This document shows positions 13,221 to 26,924 of a DNA stretch of 64,000 bases, piece after piece (position 1 is the first letter of the stretch; the number at the start of each line of letters is the position of its first letter). Source of the stretch: Camelus ferus (taxonomy: Eukaryota); contig NC_045732.1 of NCBI RefSeq assembly GCF_009834535.1, forward strand, positions 14,322,001-14,386,000, written 5' to 3'. The translations under genes and the position numbers were made by a program. The notes under the pieces were generated by a model. That model ran no database searches. It saw only the letters and a program-made list of their open reading frames with translations, and was not told the DNA's origin.

Positions 13221-14490
13221 ATACCCTGAAACTTCATGTGAAAGCTTAGAACTAAGTATAATAGCCATTTCTTAAATCTGTCACAACCTGTTCTTATTAT
13301 TCTTTATGTCATGCCAGAAATATCCCTGCTGCTCTCATGCAGTATTTAAATATTTCAAGGCAAGAAGGTTGTGTGTGGAAGAGGGCAGGGGAGACGGTAT
13401 AAAGAATTCCTCTATTCTCTGGGGAGAAACTACATTGAGACAGGTCAGTACATGAATGTCTTCCCTCTTCATTCCTACTGCTCATTCAGCCCCCCAATTA
13501 AGGCTGATTATTTCACATCTAAGTATTAGCCTTGGAAATCTGCAGTACTAATTTCTAGCGTGTCAGAGGGACTGTCTTCAGAGGCATGTACATGTGGATC
13601 ATGCAACGATCCAAGCCACCTGGTAGGGTTCTGAATATGACACAATAATGCATTCCATCCAAGCTGGAAATATTGTAGATGACAAAAGGTTTGGATGTTT
13701 TTTAAAAAAAGTTTCAAAGTTGAAACTTGAGAATGGTATTTTGAAAGTAATATCAAACTAACTAAGCCTTATATTCATTCATTCATAAGATTAATCTCTT
13801 ATTCCAAACACTGGAAGACTTTCTACTGATGTCTTCCCATTACTCCCCATGAATATACCTAAGAAGGTACCACAATCCAATGCCTTTTATGAGTCAATTT
13901 TTTTAAAGGCAAAAGTACTGAATCTAAGTGGAGACATTCAAGCATGTGTTCTATACTACCTTAAAGATAATCAAATTTAATCTCCACTGAGAAAAGCTAA
14001 ATTTGCGTCATGAATTATCAATTTTAGCAAACTAGAGGAAGGAAACTGGATACAAAGCCATTAAACACATGCAGTAGTCAAAAAATGAATCTCCCCCAGA
14101 GAAGACGAAGTTCCATGTAGCCCAACAGTTTCTTTTCTCCTTTGTCCTGAGAATCTTAAGACTTGAACTTAGGAGTCCAGTCTTTACCACAGTGGCTTGT
14201 CATAATCCAGTTTCTAAATGCCTTCATATTTGCACTATCACAGTATCCTCATTCCAGAACTGTTTACATGAAGAGCCATGAATAACTGTGGGTTGCCTGA
14301 TGTGGTTCCAGAATTTGACTCTAAATATACTTTGAGAACATTCTCCCAAGTGCTTGTATGGAGTCGAAATCTAACCCTTATCTGCAGTGACAATGCATTA
14401 TGACTTTCGACATTCAAGTTGGCCCCTAGCTGGATACACGTCATCCAAGATCAGACACGTGTCCCCAGGATACACACAGCGCATTTGGTG

Positions 14491-14807
14491 TGGCACCTAG
14501 CCCAGGGCAACACACACACAGTGGATGCTCCACATGCACTAGTGGAATGAACAAACGAGTGTGACCATTTAACAAACCAAAGTAACTGACTGCAGGCAAA
14601 AATGTACACCCTCACCCAGAAATCTGTGACCACAGCTCACAGATCAACAGTGCCCAGAACAGGAAGAGCAGAAAGTCGTGTTAAGCTAAATTATCCAAAA
14701 CTTGGAAATAAGGCAAAACAACAACAACAACAACAAAAACCCCCCAAAAACCAGACCGTGAGCCCTTTCAGTGTTATACAGAGCATACCCCAACAAGCCA
14801 GCCTCAG
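14491..14807 (+). repeat. Dispersed direct duplication, copy 1 (partner 16971-17304)
   Basis: 14491-14718 equals 16971-17198 with one mismatch; tail 14754-14807 matches 17251-17304 at 48/54. Confidence 0.95.
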
Positions 14808-16970
14808 CCAATGGCTCCAGAAAAAGCAATTGCCAAGGTTTTCATAGAGGGAGAATGCTTTCACATAAAACTATACAACAAAACTAAACATAAAGGCTTC
14901 TCTTTCTTATTGACCCAGCCATTTTTTCCCTTATTTCAAAGTTTATACATTTGAATGCTTTTAGGGCTTGGTGAATGGCTGAAAAAGTATTTTACAGACC
15001 CTCATCTGTTTTCCCAAATCAATTTTTACCATTTCTTAAGCTACCATACATAACAGCTCACCTTCTTCTCTCTCAACTCACAGGGCCCAACATCTGAGCA
15101 AAATTCAAATGATAAATGACAATTTACCCACAAGAAGCTTGTCACTCAACATGTCACCTTGTGCTGGAAAATCTTTACTGGAAAGCCAAAAAGAAAGCAA
15201 ACTTCCAATTACAATAAAAGAAAAAAATAGTTTAAAAACTTAGTGTGAAAACAATGGCAAAAGGACACAAAAACGTGATTATAAACAAGGCAAGATAAGC
15301 CAAAGGAGCTAAAGCCAGGATTCTGACAGGACGCTGGCTTAGAGAGTGCCGTGCTAGGATGAGCTTGGGCAAGGATGGCGAGGTCAGTGAGGCTTTGTCT
15401 TCTCCAAACTGCTATGGCAATGAGTCTCCCTTTCGCTGTTTCTCTCTACCATCTCACTGTGGATTTAGTCACTGGTCACCTATAGTTCCCAAAATGAGTC
15501 CTCTTGTGTGTCCAGGTGTTGTATTCACTGTGAAGGACCTTGATTCTCAGAATGTGTGGATAATATGATTTGTATCAGTGATTCAAAGCATTTGCTTAGC
15601 TGAACCAAATCCTTTGATTTTTAAAAGGAAATGGGGAGGGGGACGAGATGATGAAGAGACATAGTCCAGATCTGACCTAGAAAGGTGAAGTTCTGCAGAT
15701 GACCCAAATTTTCATCACTTTTCACGGGCTTCTCCGGTATCCCATCACTAACTCCATACTCCTCCCAAGGCAATTTTCTACTGCATCCTTCTGCTGAAGA
15801 AAACAAAACTCTGTGGCTAAACCCCACTAGTTTTTAGAATCCCAGCCACCAAATTACACAAACACTTCTTGGGAGTCTACCTGATCCTGCCCCTTCTATG
15901 CCTCTATCCCTCAGTCCTAAACTGCCTTGGCCTTATACCCTCCGTTCTCTAGCTCTGAAAAGATTTGGTACTTACTATCGAAAAGCCAATTTACTTGCTG
16001 ACTCTCATTTAAAAAACAAGTCATGAAAACAATGAGGATGAGGGGGGAGCCCTTCAAACTCTTTTCATTCTAAAGAAAAGCAGAAGTGAATCCCAGGAAG
16101 GAGGTGTGGACTTAGAAGGATGTGGCATTTCCTCAGGATTTGGTGGGAATTCATTGATTTAATTTACAACAATTGAGAGTTGCCTCTGCGCTTTGAGTGT
16201 TTTTAGCTCCAGCTGGCATGAGGATTATTTTCCCTCGGAATGCTCATTCCGAACACAAGGACAGCTTCAGGAAGAGGAAAAGGAAGAATACAGTCTAGGA
16301 ACCTAGGATGTGAACCAGGAAATTCTTTTCCACTGCGCTGATTTAAAAGACTGTCATGCTGGTGCCTAACAAATCACACTACCTTTTTTGGAGCTCACTA
16401 GCGCTGTGACATTTTCCCTTGGATGTGCAATTGTTTTGCATCAGGATATCCATCCTATTTTTCCAATAACCAAAAATATCATTTCCTGAAAAGAGTTAGG
16501 AGTGCCAGTTGTAATTGGGAAAATTACACAGGACTTCATGTTCCTCGAGCCCTCACTAAATCTTCAAGAGCAAATAAAATTCAAACTCAGCTGCAATACT
16601 GAAGTCCACCAAGCTCTCCCCAAAGCCAGTTCCTCCTTATCCACCCTCACACACCTCCCGCTCCTACAGAGTGAACTCCTGGCTTTGTGTACATACACTC
16701 TTCATCTCTCCATCCCCATGCCTTAGTTTGCCCTGTAAGCAGTGTCTCTCCAGTCTCTCCGCAGGCCCCAGTGTTACATACCCTCGAAGGCAGGCTCAGG
16801 TTGTGTGCTACCTCCCGCAGCCCCCAGCTTGAAGAAATTTCTCACTTCTCTGCAATGCCAAGGTATATAATTCACACCTCTCTTGCGGCGATTCGTTTTC
16901 TGTTTTGTATTGTATCGTAGCTGCTCTTTCGTCTTAGTCAAGACAGTAAGTTCCATGCGGGTAGGGTCCT

Positions 16971-17304
16971 TGGCACCTAGCCCAGGGCAACACACACACA
17001 GTGGATGCTCCACATGCACTAGTGGAATGAACAAACGAGCGTGACCATTTAACAAACCAAAGTAACTGACTGCAGGCAAAAATGTACACCCTCACCCAGA
17101 AATCTGTGACCACAGCTCACAGATCAACAGTGCCCAGAACAGGAAGAGCAGAAAGTCGTGTTAAGCTAAATTATCCAAAACTTGGAAATAAGGCAAAAAA
17201 AAAAAAAAAAAAAAAAAGAAAAAGAAAAAGAAAAAGAAAAGAAAAAGAAGGACTGTGAGCCTTTTCGGTGTCATACAGAGCATACTCCAACAAGCCATCC
17301 TCAG
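16971..17304 (+). repeat. Dispersed direct duplication, copy 2; begins inside an L2-like 3' remnant
   Basis: Same alignment as copy 1. The upstream gacagtaagttccatgcgggtagggtcct continues the L2-tail-like pattern into the duplicated sequence. Confidence 0.95.
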
Positions 17305-17499
17305 GAAGGGTCACCTGACTCTCCAGCCTGCGATATAACAGAGTTTGACTTTCTATTTATTACTGAATAGGGCTTTGTCTCTGCAAAGTTAAATGTTAAG
17401 TTAGAAAAAGCTGATGACATGCAAGTTATTTTGCCCAAATGTCACAATTTGATTGCCTCTTAGGTCACTAACCACTTTTGCATCTAACCTAGCTATCTT

Positions 17500-17715
17500 A
17501 TTTTTATTTTTTAAAATTTATTTTTTATTGAATTATGGTCGATTTACAATGTTGTGTTATTTTCCGGTGTACAGGATAATGATTCATTTATTTATATATA
17601 GGCCATTTTCTTTTCATATTCTTTTTCATTATAGGCCATTACAAGGTATTGAATGTAGTTCCCTGTGCTCTACAGTAGGACCTTGTTGTTTATCTATTTT
17701 ATATACAGTAGCTGG
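17500..17715 (-). mobile_element. L1 3'-UTR fragment, sense to MID1
   Basis: Reverse complement of the L1 end; perfect 10-bp TSD tagctatctt at 17490-17499 and 17716-17725. Confidence 0.88.
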
Positions 17716-18898
17716 TAGCTATCTTGTTCTAGCATTCTTTTCACCCTCCCATCCCTTCCCCCTATGTTTGTATGTATCAGTTTGATACCCTCCTTTAAGC
17801 CAGCTTTATCATCTTGCAGGAACCTTCATCAAAGATTAAATAAATCTTCAGTGCAGGCTCATGTGATTATTATATGAGATTGAGATGCTCAATTTTTGAA
17901 AATTATACTTTGAGAAAATTAATAACTGAATAAGTGAACACGTGTAAAAATAGGTACTGTTGGCATCATTATCTGTCTGCTTATAATTTTCTTTCATTTT
18001 TGTCTACAATAAATTTCCCAGATATCACATTTATTCATGCACAAACATTTCTTTTCATTCCGAAGGATTTATCCAGAAATAACAGTAAATGGAATAAATA
18101 TTCTTTACTCTTTGTCTAGAATAACTTCTAATGGCATGTGTGTCTATCCAAAAGTCTGCTACAATCAATTCAGTAACTGCTTTTTAAAAAAGCCTCTATC
18201 TCAACTAAATACCGAATTTTTTGAGATAAAAATAAAATCTGCCTGTACATTTCTTGAATGACACATCTATCATTTGAAATTACTGAACATTATAGAATGT
18301 AATTTTACATGTTAGGATGAACAGCATTTTGTAAGTTCAAGCCATACTAATGTCGCATTAGGAGCAAGACAATTGTTCTGAAATCACTGCAGGCAATAAT
18401 GGAAACCAGACACTAACGCTTTAAGAAGTAACTAGCTGAAATTGAATGAAATAATCACCCACTCCATAAAGCATTTCTAAGATTTCCCCATAAAACACAG
18501 GTAATTTTTTTTTACCTGAAGAGAAATAATTCTTTCTTATTGTCCTAAACATCAAATGCCACCACATCATAAAAATAAAATACAGCACATGGATCAGTTT
18601 TTTGTTCATCCACTTAATTCTGTAATACATAGTCACTTTACCCTATAATAATGAAAACATTATGCTTGTTCGCTATTATTTACAATGTTGTTTAATCAGC
18701 AAGTCTCCAAATGTTCCCTGGAAAGATCACTGCCAGAAGTGAATCTGTTCTAAGCGCAGGGTTGGAAAGATCTGGGTTCTGCAACTTGACCTTGCTGTCA
18801 CTGCTGCCTGCACACTCTTGGCTTAATCCCAACACACTGCAATTGTGGTCAATTTCATGGAAACCCATCTGACAACCAAGATGTATTTAATACACCCC

Positions 18899-19110
18899 AG
18901 TAGCAGGTTGAATTGTATCCCCCCCAAAAAGTGTGTCCAAAGTCCTAACTCCCAGTATCTGCAAATATGATCTTATTTGGAAATGGGGTCTTTGCAGATG
19001 TACTCATGTTCAAGTGAGTTCACACTGGAGTAGAGTGGAGCCTAATCCAATGACTGGTGTCCTTGGAAGAAGGAGATTTGGACACAGACACAGAGACACA
19101 CAGGGAGGGT
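18899..19110 (+). mobile_element. MaLR (MLT1 family) LTR, 5' part
   Basis: ggttgaattgtatcccccc...gatcttatttggaaatggggtctttgcagatg...cctaatccaatgactggtgtcctt. Confidence 0.75.
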
Positions 19111-19330
19111 GATTAAAATCTACAGTATTAGAAATGCTAAGGAAAGCTGGATCAGGGAGAGCTGTGATGAGCGTGTGGGCAGACAAAGCACTGGATGGGG
19201 AGAGATGCTCTGAGGTACTAGTACCTTCCAATTTCATCCATCTTAGCTATCTGGCTTCTGCAAACCATCTAATTTTAAGAAGATACCCATTTTAGAAATA
19301 TATAGGAGAGGGTATAAAAACCGTGATCTA

Positions 19331-19492
<162 letters not shown>

Positions 19493-20242
19493 TTATTCTG
19501 CATTCTTTTAATACTTTAGTATACACAAAATTCCTCATGCTCAGGAAAACGGATACATTTTTTAGAAATCTCAATGAAATCTATGCCATTTCAAGTATGT
19601 ATAGACTTGAAATGGATTTTTAAAAGTCACATTTAAAAGAACATTTTAGAAATGTTCAAATTTCATTCTTTTTGTTCCTGCTTCCTGCACTAACTCAGGC
19701 ATACTGAACTGAATAATTACTCGTAGGTTAATATCAGGTTGTGAACTAGGGAGAAAAGAGGAAATTGGATGTCTAATTCCTTTAGCTGAATCAGAAATGG
19801 CAATAATAAAAGGAATATATTCCCACATCAAATCAATGCTATTGGACTTTTAGGATTTACCATCTTATGAGAAGGCTGAGGTCAGTCCCAGAGGAAGATC
19901 TGAATTGTCCACTAATGCTAACTCTATGGCCATTAATAGGCATTTATAAGATAGCTTTGTAATACATATTTATTCATTCACTGTACGTTACATCATACAT
20001 GGTTCTATTCTTTGCCTGTCAACCTATCAATGCCAGATCAAATTTCCTTGAATGTTACATTTTTCATATCACTATTCTTCTTAAGAATCTAGAATTATTT
20101 CCTATTCCTTTAGAATATCCAATTTAAAGTTCCCCACAATGATTAGACATCCTATTTTCAACCACAATAACCCTCTGTTCTGAGTAAGATGCCTTAAGAG
20201 TTCTCCATTGCTTCTCATTATGTATGCTCTTCATTTATATCA

Positions 20243-20740
20243 TTCATTCATTTATTCATCCATCCATACAAGTATTTCTGGAGATTCTACTACATGCCAG
20301 ACTCTGAGAGAGAAACAAAAATAGAAAGATCTACTCCCTGCCTGCAAGGCGACAACTCTACAACTGGGAGAGAGAGATGCTGTGAACAAGAGAAAGGGGA
20401 GAGTTGGGCTGCCTGGAGAAGGCTTCCAAGAGGACACTGTCTTTTCTCGGAGGCTGGAAGGATGGTGACCAAGAGTGATTTCTTAGGAAGATGGAACAGA
20501 GGTGGAGGCAAACATGGGGAGGTGCACTCCACGGGCAGGGAATGTGTCATACGTGATGCCACACATGAAGATCAGGGCGGCATGAGAGGCCAAAGGATTA
20601 GGGCAACGGTGTTTTAACATAGAGCCAATTCCACAGATATGGTGAAGATATGGAAAGGAAATCTGATGGAAAAGAAAACAGACTTAGGATTTGTAATGCT
20701 ATGTGACTAAAAGGATTTGGAAAGAATATGAGGGGAACTT
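20243..20740 (-). mobile_element. L2 LINE 3' fragment
   Basis: ttcattcatttattcatccatccatacaagtatttctgg...ctacatgccagactctg, the reverse L2 tail. Confidence 0.6.
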
Positions 20741-21628
20741 TGGAAATTAACCATTTCATAAAGCTGAAAATAGTTCATTATGCTGTGAAATTTACTTCTG
20801 AAAATGTTTACTCTTTCTACTTTCCTCACTTTTAGATTTAGAAAGGTATATTCAGATAAAGAATCACTTTTATTTAACACTTAAAAATGCATAAGTCAGA
20901 AGCAGAAATCTCTCTGGTCATTCTTAAAGAAGTTATGCTTATTAATCTGGTGTTTATCCTACTGTCTAATTTTTAAAAATTTCAGTGACATTTTTCATTT
21001 CCAGTAGGTTCTTTATAACATCTCCCTTTCTTGTTGAATTGCTTTCTGTTCCTGTTCCCAGATGCAATTCTCTCCTTCATAATTTCAAGAGAACAAAATC
21101 TACTTATTCCTAAGCTCTTTTGAGAAAAGGCAATTGTGTGTTTTCATGTGTTTGTGTAGCATTTTCCAAGAATCTCACTTCATCTTGTGTCATCATTTCT
21201 GTGTGACCGCTCATCTGATGTGAACTTTGGGCCCCATGCTGTGATCTGGGGATTCACACAGCCCAGCTAGGTGAGGTGCCCACTGTGGCGTTAGAGCATG
21301 AGGTTGTTTCCCCAGAGAGGGCACACCCACAAGACACCCACGTGCCAAAGAGGCAAAGACCCTGTTTTGACTCAGTGTCTCTACTTCCTTCCACAAGAAT
21401 CCTGTCTGGCTCCAATTTCAGAGAAGGTGGGAGGTACCCCTAGAGTCCAGCGTGTACACAGGGAGTCCTGGCCTCCAGGTGTATGGGGCATCTGAGGCAT
21501 CTGCCATGTGGCCACATGCGGGGCACACTCCACCATGTTTCCCCTTGGCCACCCCCACCCCCTCCCTTCTCCCCCTCCAAATTCTACACGTCCTTTCATT
21601 TCCAGTTCTTGGAGACTTTCCACTTATG

Positions 21629-21757
21629 GTTTTTTTGTGGGGGGGGCGTGGTGGTAATTAAGTTTGTTTATTTTTAGAGGAGGTACTGGGGATTGAACAC
21701 AGGACCCTGTGTATGCTAAGCATGTGCTCTGCCACTTGAGTTGTATCCTCCCCCCAC
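21629..21757 (-). mobile_element. Vic-1-type tRNA-Ala-derived SINE
   Basis: Minus strand ggggggaggatacaactcaagtggcagagcacatgcttagcatacacagggtcctgtgttcaatccccagtacctcc...aataaacaaacttaattacc; 10-bp TSD tccacttatg at 21619-21628 and 21758-21767. Confidence 0.88.
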
Positions 21758-23871
21758 TCCACTTATGTTTAAGCTTGGTTATTATTCTTAAAAATCCATT
21801 TTTAAAATATTTTGTCTTTCATTCTCATATATTCAGAATACCAAGGGAGGTTTTGTGTATTACTTCATCTGGACTGGAAGGCCAACAGGAAATCTTCCAT
21901 TTTGACTTTGAGATACTCAAAGCATCTCAAATATAAATATTTTAAGGGAGAAAAAGAATCATTTCTCACTTGAAGGATGGGATAAAACAAAAAAGTCAGA
22001 GAGTGAACCAGACAGAGCAATTGTGGCGCAACTTAATGATCTCACTTTTGCATCAAAGAAAAACTTGCTTTCAAAGCTCTTCACCACCACACCAACAAAA
22101 GCCAAAAGTTGTTCTGCTGTTTGGATTAAATGAATTGCAGTCACTTTATGGTCAGAGACTAGAGAATAATTTTAAAGCATTCCAGAATTTAATGTCCTAG
22201 ACTTAGATATGACTACTTTATGGTGTATTTGTCAACTTCTTTTTGTATGTTAACCTTCGAGAATCCTTTTACTTTTTTTTGGCTGACCCTTCAGAGCAGA
22301 CAATTTCTAGAGAAATACATCATCTAACTGTTAAAGTTCAATTGTCATAGGTACGACGTTTCTAAAGCTAGTCAGCAAAAGAGATCCAAATAAATAAAAT
22401 CTAACACGTTGTGATTTTACAAACATCTGCTTGCTTCCCCCTCCCTTTATTAAGTATACATCGTGTATAAAATCTGTTTTTAATCAACTAATATGTAGAC
22501 TAAAGCCTGTGGTTTAAACACACTGACCTATCTCAATCCTTTGGGGTTATTCAAATTTAAATAGTACAAGTGTTACTGAAGTCCGCAAAGAATTACCGAG
22601 TCACTTAGAAGTATAAGAAAGGGAAATGAAGCTGAGAGAGAGGCTGGTTTCCAGGAGGTACCAAAGGGACTGACAACAGTTTTCAGGAGAGCCTGGGGAA
22701 TGGGAAGGTAACAAAATCCAGTCCTCAATGAACCATGCATCCATAAGCTTCGACTACAGGGACTTCTGTAGAGTTTTCTAGAATTTAACTGTATCACTAA
22801 CATCCTGTGTGGGCAGTGAGCAGGTCCTATAACCTCTTCGATTTTGACTGTGCTTTGTGAAAAAGGAGAGAGAATATTTTTTGGCATCAGAATCTTGGGA
22901 CTAAGTGGATATAAGTATCTACTTCCCTACGGATATCTAAGGAATCCTACAGAGCACACACACACAAAATAGTTCTAGTTTCCTGTTCTCACCTCAAAAA
23001 CGTCAATGTATTTTGCATCTACTTTGGGAGCAGAACTTTGTAGGAGTCCAAGGAGTCGGCATGAGCGGCCACACGTGTAGAGCGATAAGCCTGAGGCTCC
23101 AGCTGGATTCTCCTGGACAAAGGACTCTTGGGCTCAGTTTTCCCATCCATGGTGTAGAGAAACAACACATTTACCTACCTACGCTATTGTTCAGTTCAGG
23201 GCAGAAAGCAAACACCTACACCAGGAGCTACACAAATGTTGTTTGAAATCATGAGTTACAGGATGAAAACATCGTTTGGTGTCAAGTATCAGACCCTAAT
23301 GGGCCCAGCTCGGGGAGGCTGATGGCTTTTTGCTGCAAGCACCTGTTCCTTTTGGCTCCAGGGCTCTCTCTGGCCCCAGGCTGGGGAGAACAAGGGAGGC
23401 AGACAGCCCTAGGAGCAGCCCTCAACCAGCAACTATTAGTAGTTGGTGTGTGAGCAGCCCAGCTCCCTCACACTCGGGGTGGGATCACTCTGAGTGGGTT
23501 TCAGAAAATCTCCCAGAAGCCCCGCTGGGAGGAGCCCAGGGCCCACAGCAACCGCCTGCTCATGACCACACGCTCTTTCCGCTTCGACCCTTCTCTGTCC
23601 TGCCTCCCCCTCCCTTACAGATGCTTCCTGGATCACCTCCCAATTTGAATTCTGAGTTAAGGTCTTGTGGGAGAATTCAACCAAAGCCTTCTCCATAAAC
23701 CTCCTGATCTGTTATTTTTGAGTAATCCTTCTTATGAGGAACAGCCAAATTAATAGAAGATTGCTTTTGAAAGACATTTGCAAATCCAAGAGTTTGTTTT
23801 CTCTTTCCCCATCTTCCCTCTTGGTAACCTTTTCTAGAGATCAAATCTCCTCCAAATTCCAGGCTCTAAAC

Positions 23872-24178
23872 CAGCTCTGTCACTAGAAACACAATGTGAG
23901 CCACAAATGTGCGTCATGTTTTAAAATTTCTAATAGTTATGTTTTAAAAAAATAAAAATAGGTAGACTTAATTTTAATATTTTGCTTCACTCAAAATATT
24001 CCAAAATATTATTTCACCACATGGTCAATATTTTAAAACTGATGAGCTACTTTACATTCTTTTTCCTTTCTTTTTACTAACTCTTTGGCATTTGGTATGT
24101 GTTTTACTCATAAAACACATCTCGATTTATGCCAGCCACATCTCAAACGCTCAGGCCCTACATTATTGGACAGCACAG
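23872..24178 (+). mobile_element. MER33 (hAT-Charlie)
   Basis: cagctctgtcactagaaacacaatgtgagccac...agccacatctcaaacgctc...tattggacagcacag. Confidence 0.7.
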
Positions 24179-24193
24179 CATTCAAGTTTAGAA

Positions 24194-24420
24194 CAGGGGT
24201 CAGCAAACTTTTTCTGTGAAGGGCCAGGTAGTGGATATTTTAGGCTTTGTTGGCCATATGTTCTCGATTCGGTCCCAGCTACTCGATTCTGCTGTTGTTT
24301 TAGTAAGAAAGCAGCCATAGACAGTATGCAAATGGGTGGGTAAGGCTGCATGCCAATAAAACTTTATTGACAAAAACACGTGGTGAGTGAGATTTAGCTC
24401 ACAGGCCAAGCTCCTGCCTA
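24194..24420 (+). mobile_element. MER58A (hAT-Charlie)
   Basis: caggggtcagcaaactttttctgtgaagggccagg...aaagcagccatagacag...ccaataaaactttatt. Confidence 0.8.
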
Positions 24421-25064
24421 GGCACATGCTCTTCCCTCTGGAATGCATCTGCATGGCAGGAAATAATTCTACTTTAATAACGAAACCACAGTATGTATTG
24501 AGTACCTGCTGTATACCCATCACTGCTTAGTTTGTTCCCATTATAAACCCTCAAATATTCATTGTGGGAACAATTAGCATGGAAAACTGAATATTTGCTG
24601 GATAACACCTCTGAAATTTAATGTAGTAAATCCACTAACTAGTTAGTTCACTTAATAGCTATTATGGATGATTAAAAAGATGCCTTCTACCCTTTAAGGT
24701 TTTTCTCATTGGTACTGTTAAGTCTGAACCCAAGAAGAGGAGCTTGACAGTTTAGAAGCATTCAGAAGGGATGCTATATAATTCTATCAGACTACAAAAT
24801 TTCTCGGAAAGTAAATGCTACATTGTTGAATATATTTTTATAGGCACGGGCGTGTAGAAGTAGATAGTGTAGCAATTATCATTGACACGTTTCCTCAAAT
24901 TTTATCTAAAACCAAAGTCAAGTTGTTCCTAGCCTTAATTCACTACATCTCTCCAAGATGTTTTTGCATAATACTCCTCTTACTCTAGGAAGGGAAAGAA
25001 GAGTCTATGGCGAGAAAGACGAGGCTTTTCTAAGTGCGGAACTATTTGATGGAATTGAACACCC

Positions 25065-25082
25065 TCCCCCCCCCCCCCCCCC
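25065..25082 (+). repeat. Poly-C tract (poly-G on the transcribed strand)
   Basis: Run of about 18 C. Confidence 0.9.
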
Positions 25083-26721
25083 GTCATCACCACCACAGAA
25101 GAGGAATATAAACAATTCCAGAGAGTCCTTCTAAAGGTAAAGACACAAAGAGGCAGATTCAGTTACTTAATACTAAGCAAAAGATTGGGTACAAGTCAAC
25201 TTTGTGAAAGACAAAGTCATAAAACATGTGTTGCTTAAAGAATGAGGCTCCTCTGCATCCTTCATGCAGAAAGAATGCCTAATTTTTCCCCGAAGTTTTG
25301 TTTTAATGCATACATTTCTAACGCATTTTCATGGAGCCATCCTCAGCCTCCTTCATGTTACATAGTTTTGAGTGAGGCTGATTTGAGTTGATAATTGAAC
25401 CATCCGTGGCAGGATAGCTGATTTGACAACCAATCTCAATACGAGCCTTCAGGCATGGATATGGATACCAGCCGAGAATAGTAAATCCAACTTAACAGAT
25501 GAGCTTTGTACTTCTACATACATTGACACCCAATCCAAGGGCAAGGTAAGCAGACAAAAATACCCCTAATTTTAGCCTTCGGAGACCTGTACCTAAGAGT
25601 CGGGTTGCAGGGAATTAATGACTTGTCACTGAGCACTACTATTAAAATGGATGCCTGAAACAGGAGATTTCAGTAATTCCTTTCGGGTTTGTCCAGGTCT
25701 TAAAGAATGTTTGCTCTCATTCTGAAGTCAATGCTTCAGAATGTCTTTAAAGTATAACATTAAGTCTGGATACCTTTCAAGGCAAACACAGATCTGGCTT
25801 GTTTCATTCCATAATATTCAGAGCGACATTCAGGAACTGTGTTCGTAGCCCTGACACCCAATACCACCTCTCCAGCGTGATCAGGATATGAACACGTCGA
25901 CTGCCACAATCCGTGTATTTTCTTCTAACAAACTTTAATCACAATCCTTAATATGAAAACACACCCGTATTAACACATGCCACCTGCATAAAAGCATAAA
26001 TTCTTTATAGGTAACTAAACTCTTTAGATATTTTAACTACACTGCAGGAATTTAAGGCGATCTTCAGGTTGAACTCATGATAGACTGCAAATACGTTTGA
26101 TTTATATCGGTTTTATTTTTAATGCCTTTTTTCATTGGTTATGATAGTTAACATTTCCAAATGCCTTGGCAAGACAGGTTGCCCAGGGAACTTCAAAAAT
26201 ATAATAAAACCCAATCTGCATACAAATTTAAGTCTAGTGCTCCATGGACTACAATTTAAGCCATTTTGATATGTGATACTATATTTACTTTGTCAGGTTT
26301 TATTTGATATTTTTCTATTAACTCCACAGAACCTGCTCCATATATTTATAAATTCTATCATCAAGAGTTCAGTGTTTATGACTTTAATCTAGTAGTCAGT
26401 TAATATACAGAGAACAATTTTTAAATACTGTTTAGAGTCTAGAAGACCTTTCAAAAGTTAATGGAGATAAGTAAGTACCTCAGTATAGTTATATTCATTA
26501 AGTTGAATGGATAATTTCAGCAGATCCAACGATGCTACTCTGTACAGGCATAGAGATGTAAGTGGCCTTTCTTGTTCACTCCTCATCCCTCTGCCCTATT
26601 TCTGCCTGTAGTAAGAGACTTGAGCAAATGACCAATAACGTACTTGTCAGTTTTGAGAATCAATACTGAGTGAAGGGAGCTGGACTTAAAAGGACCCTTC
26701 GAAAGTCTCTAACTTAAAAAT

Positions 26722-26915
26722 AACGAACTCCCACAAACTAGTGGGTACCAGAGGGGAGAGGGGAGGGGGGAGGGGCAATATAGGGATGGGGGAAAAAGGG
26801 GGTTTATTATGGGATTATATGAAATCATGTGTGTGACCCTTTTGAAAACTGTAAAGCACTAGAGGATTTAAAGGATCTTTGATTCAGTAAAAGAAAATCT
26901 CAATTATTAAAAAAT
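26722..26915 (+). mobile_element. L1 3' end of a different subfamily
   Basis: gggattatatgaaatcatgtgtgtgacccttttgaaaactgtaaagcactagaggatttaaaggatcttt, preceded by a G-rich tract. Confidence 0.65.
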
Positions 26916-26924
26916 AGATCTCTT

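Noticed and set aside
17199-17250. A-tract of duplicate copy 2 as the poly(A) tail of a retrocopy
   Set aside because: Homology between the two copies resumes after the A-rich tract and I see no TSD, so a DNA-level duplication fits better.
18498-18530. Minus-strand tttctcttcag|GTAAAA as a recursive splice site
   Set aside because: The donor half is poor, and it lies only ~850 nt from the real donor; recursive sites are typical of much longer introns.
25718-25743. Hairpin cattctgaag-tcaatg-cttcagaatg
   Set aside because: A 10-bp stem with a short loop is expected roughly once by chance in 64 kb, and it is too short for a pre-miRNA.
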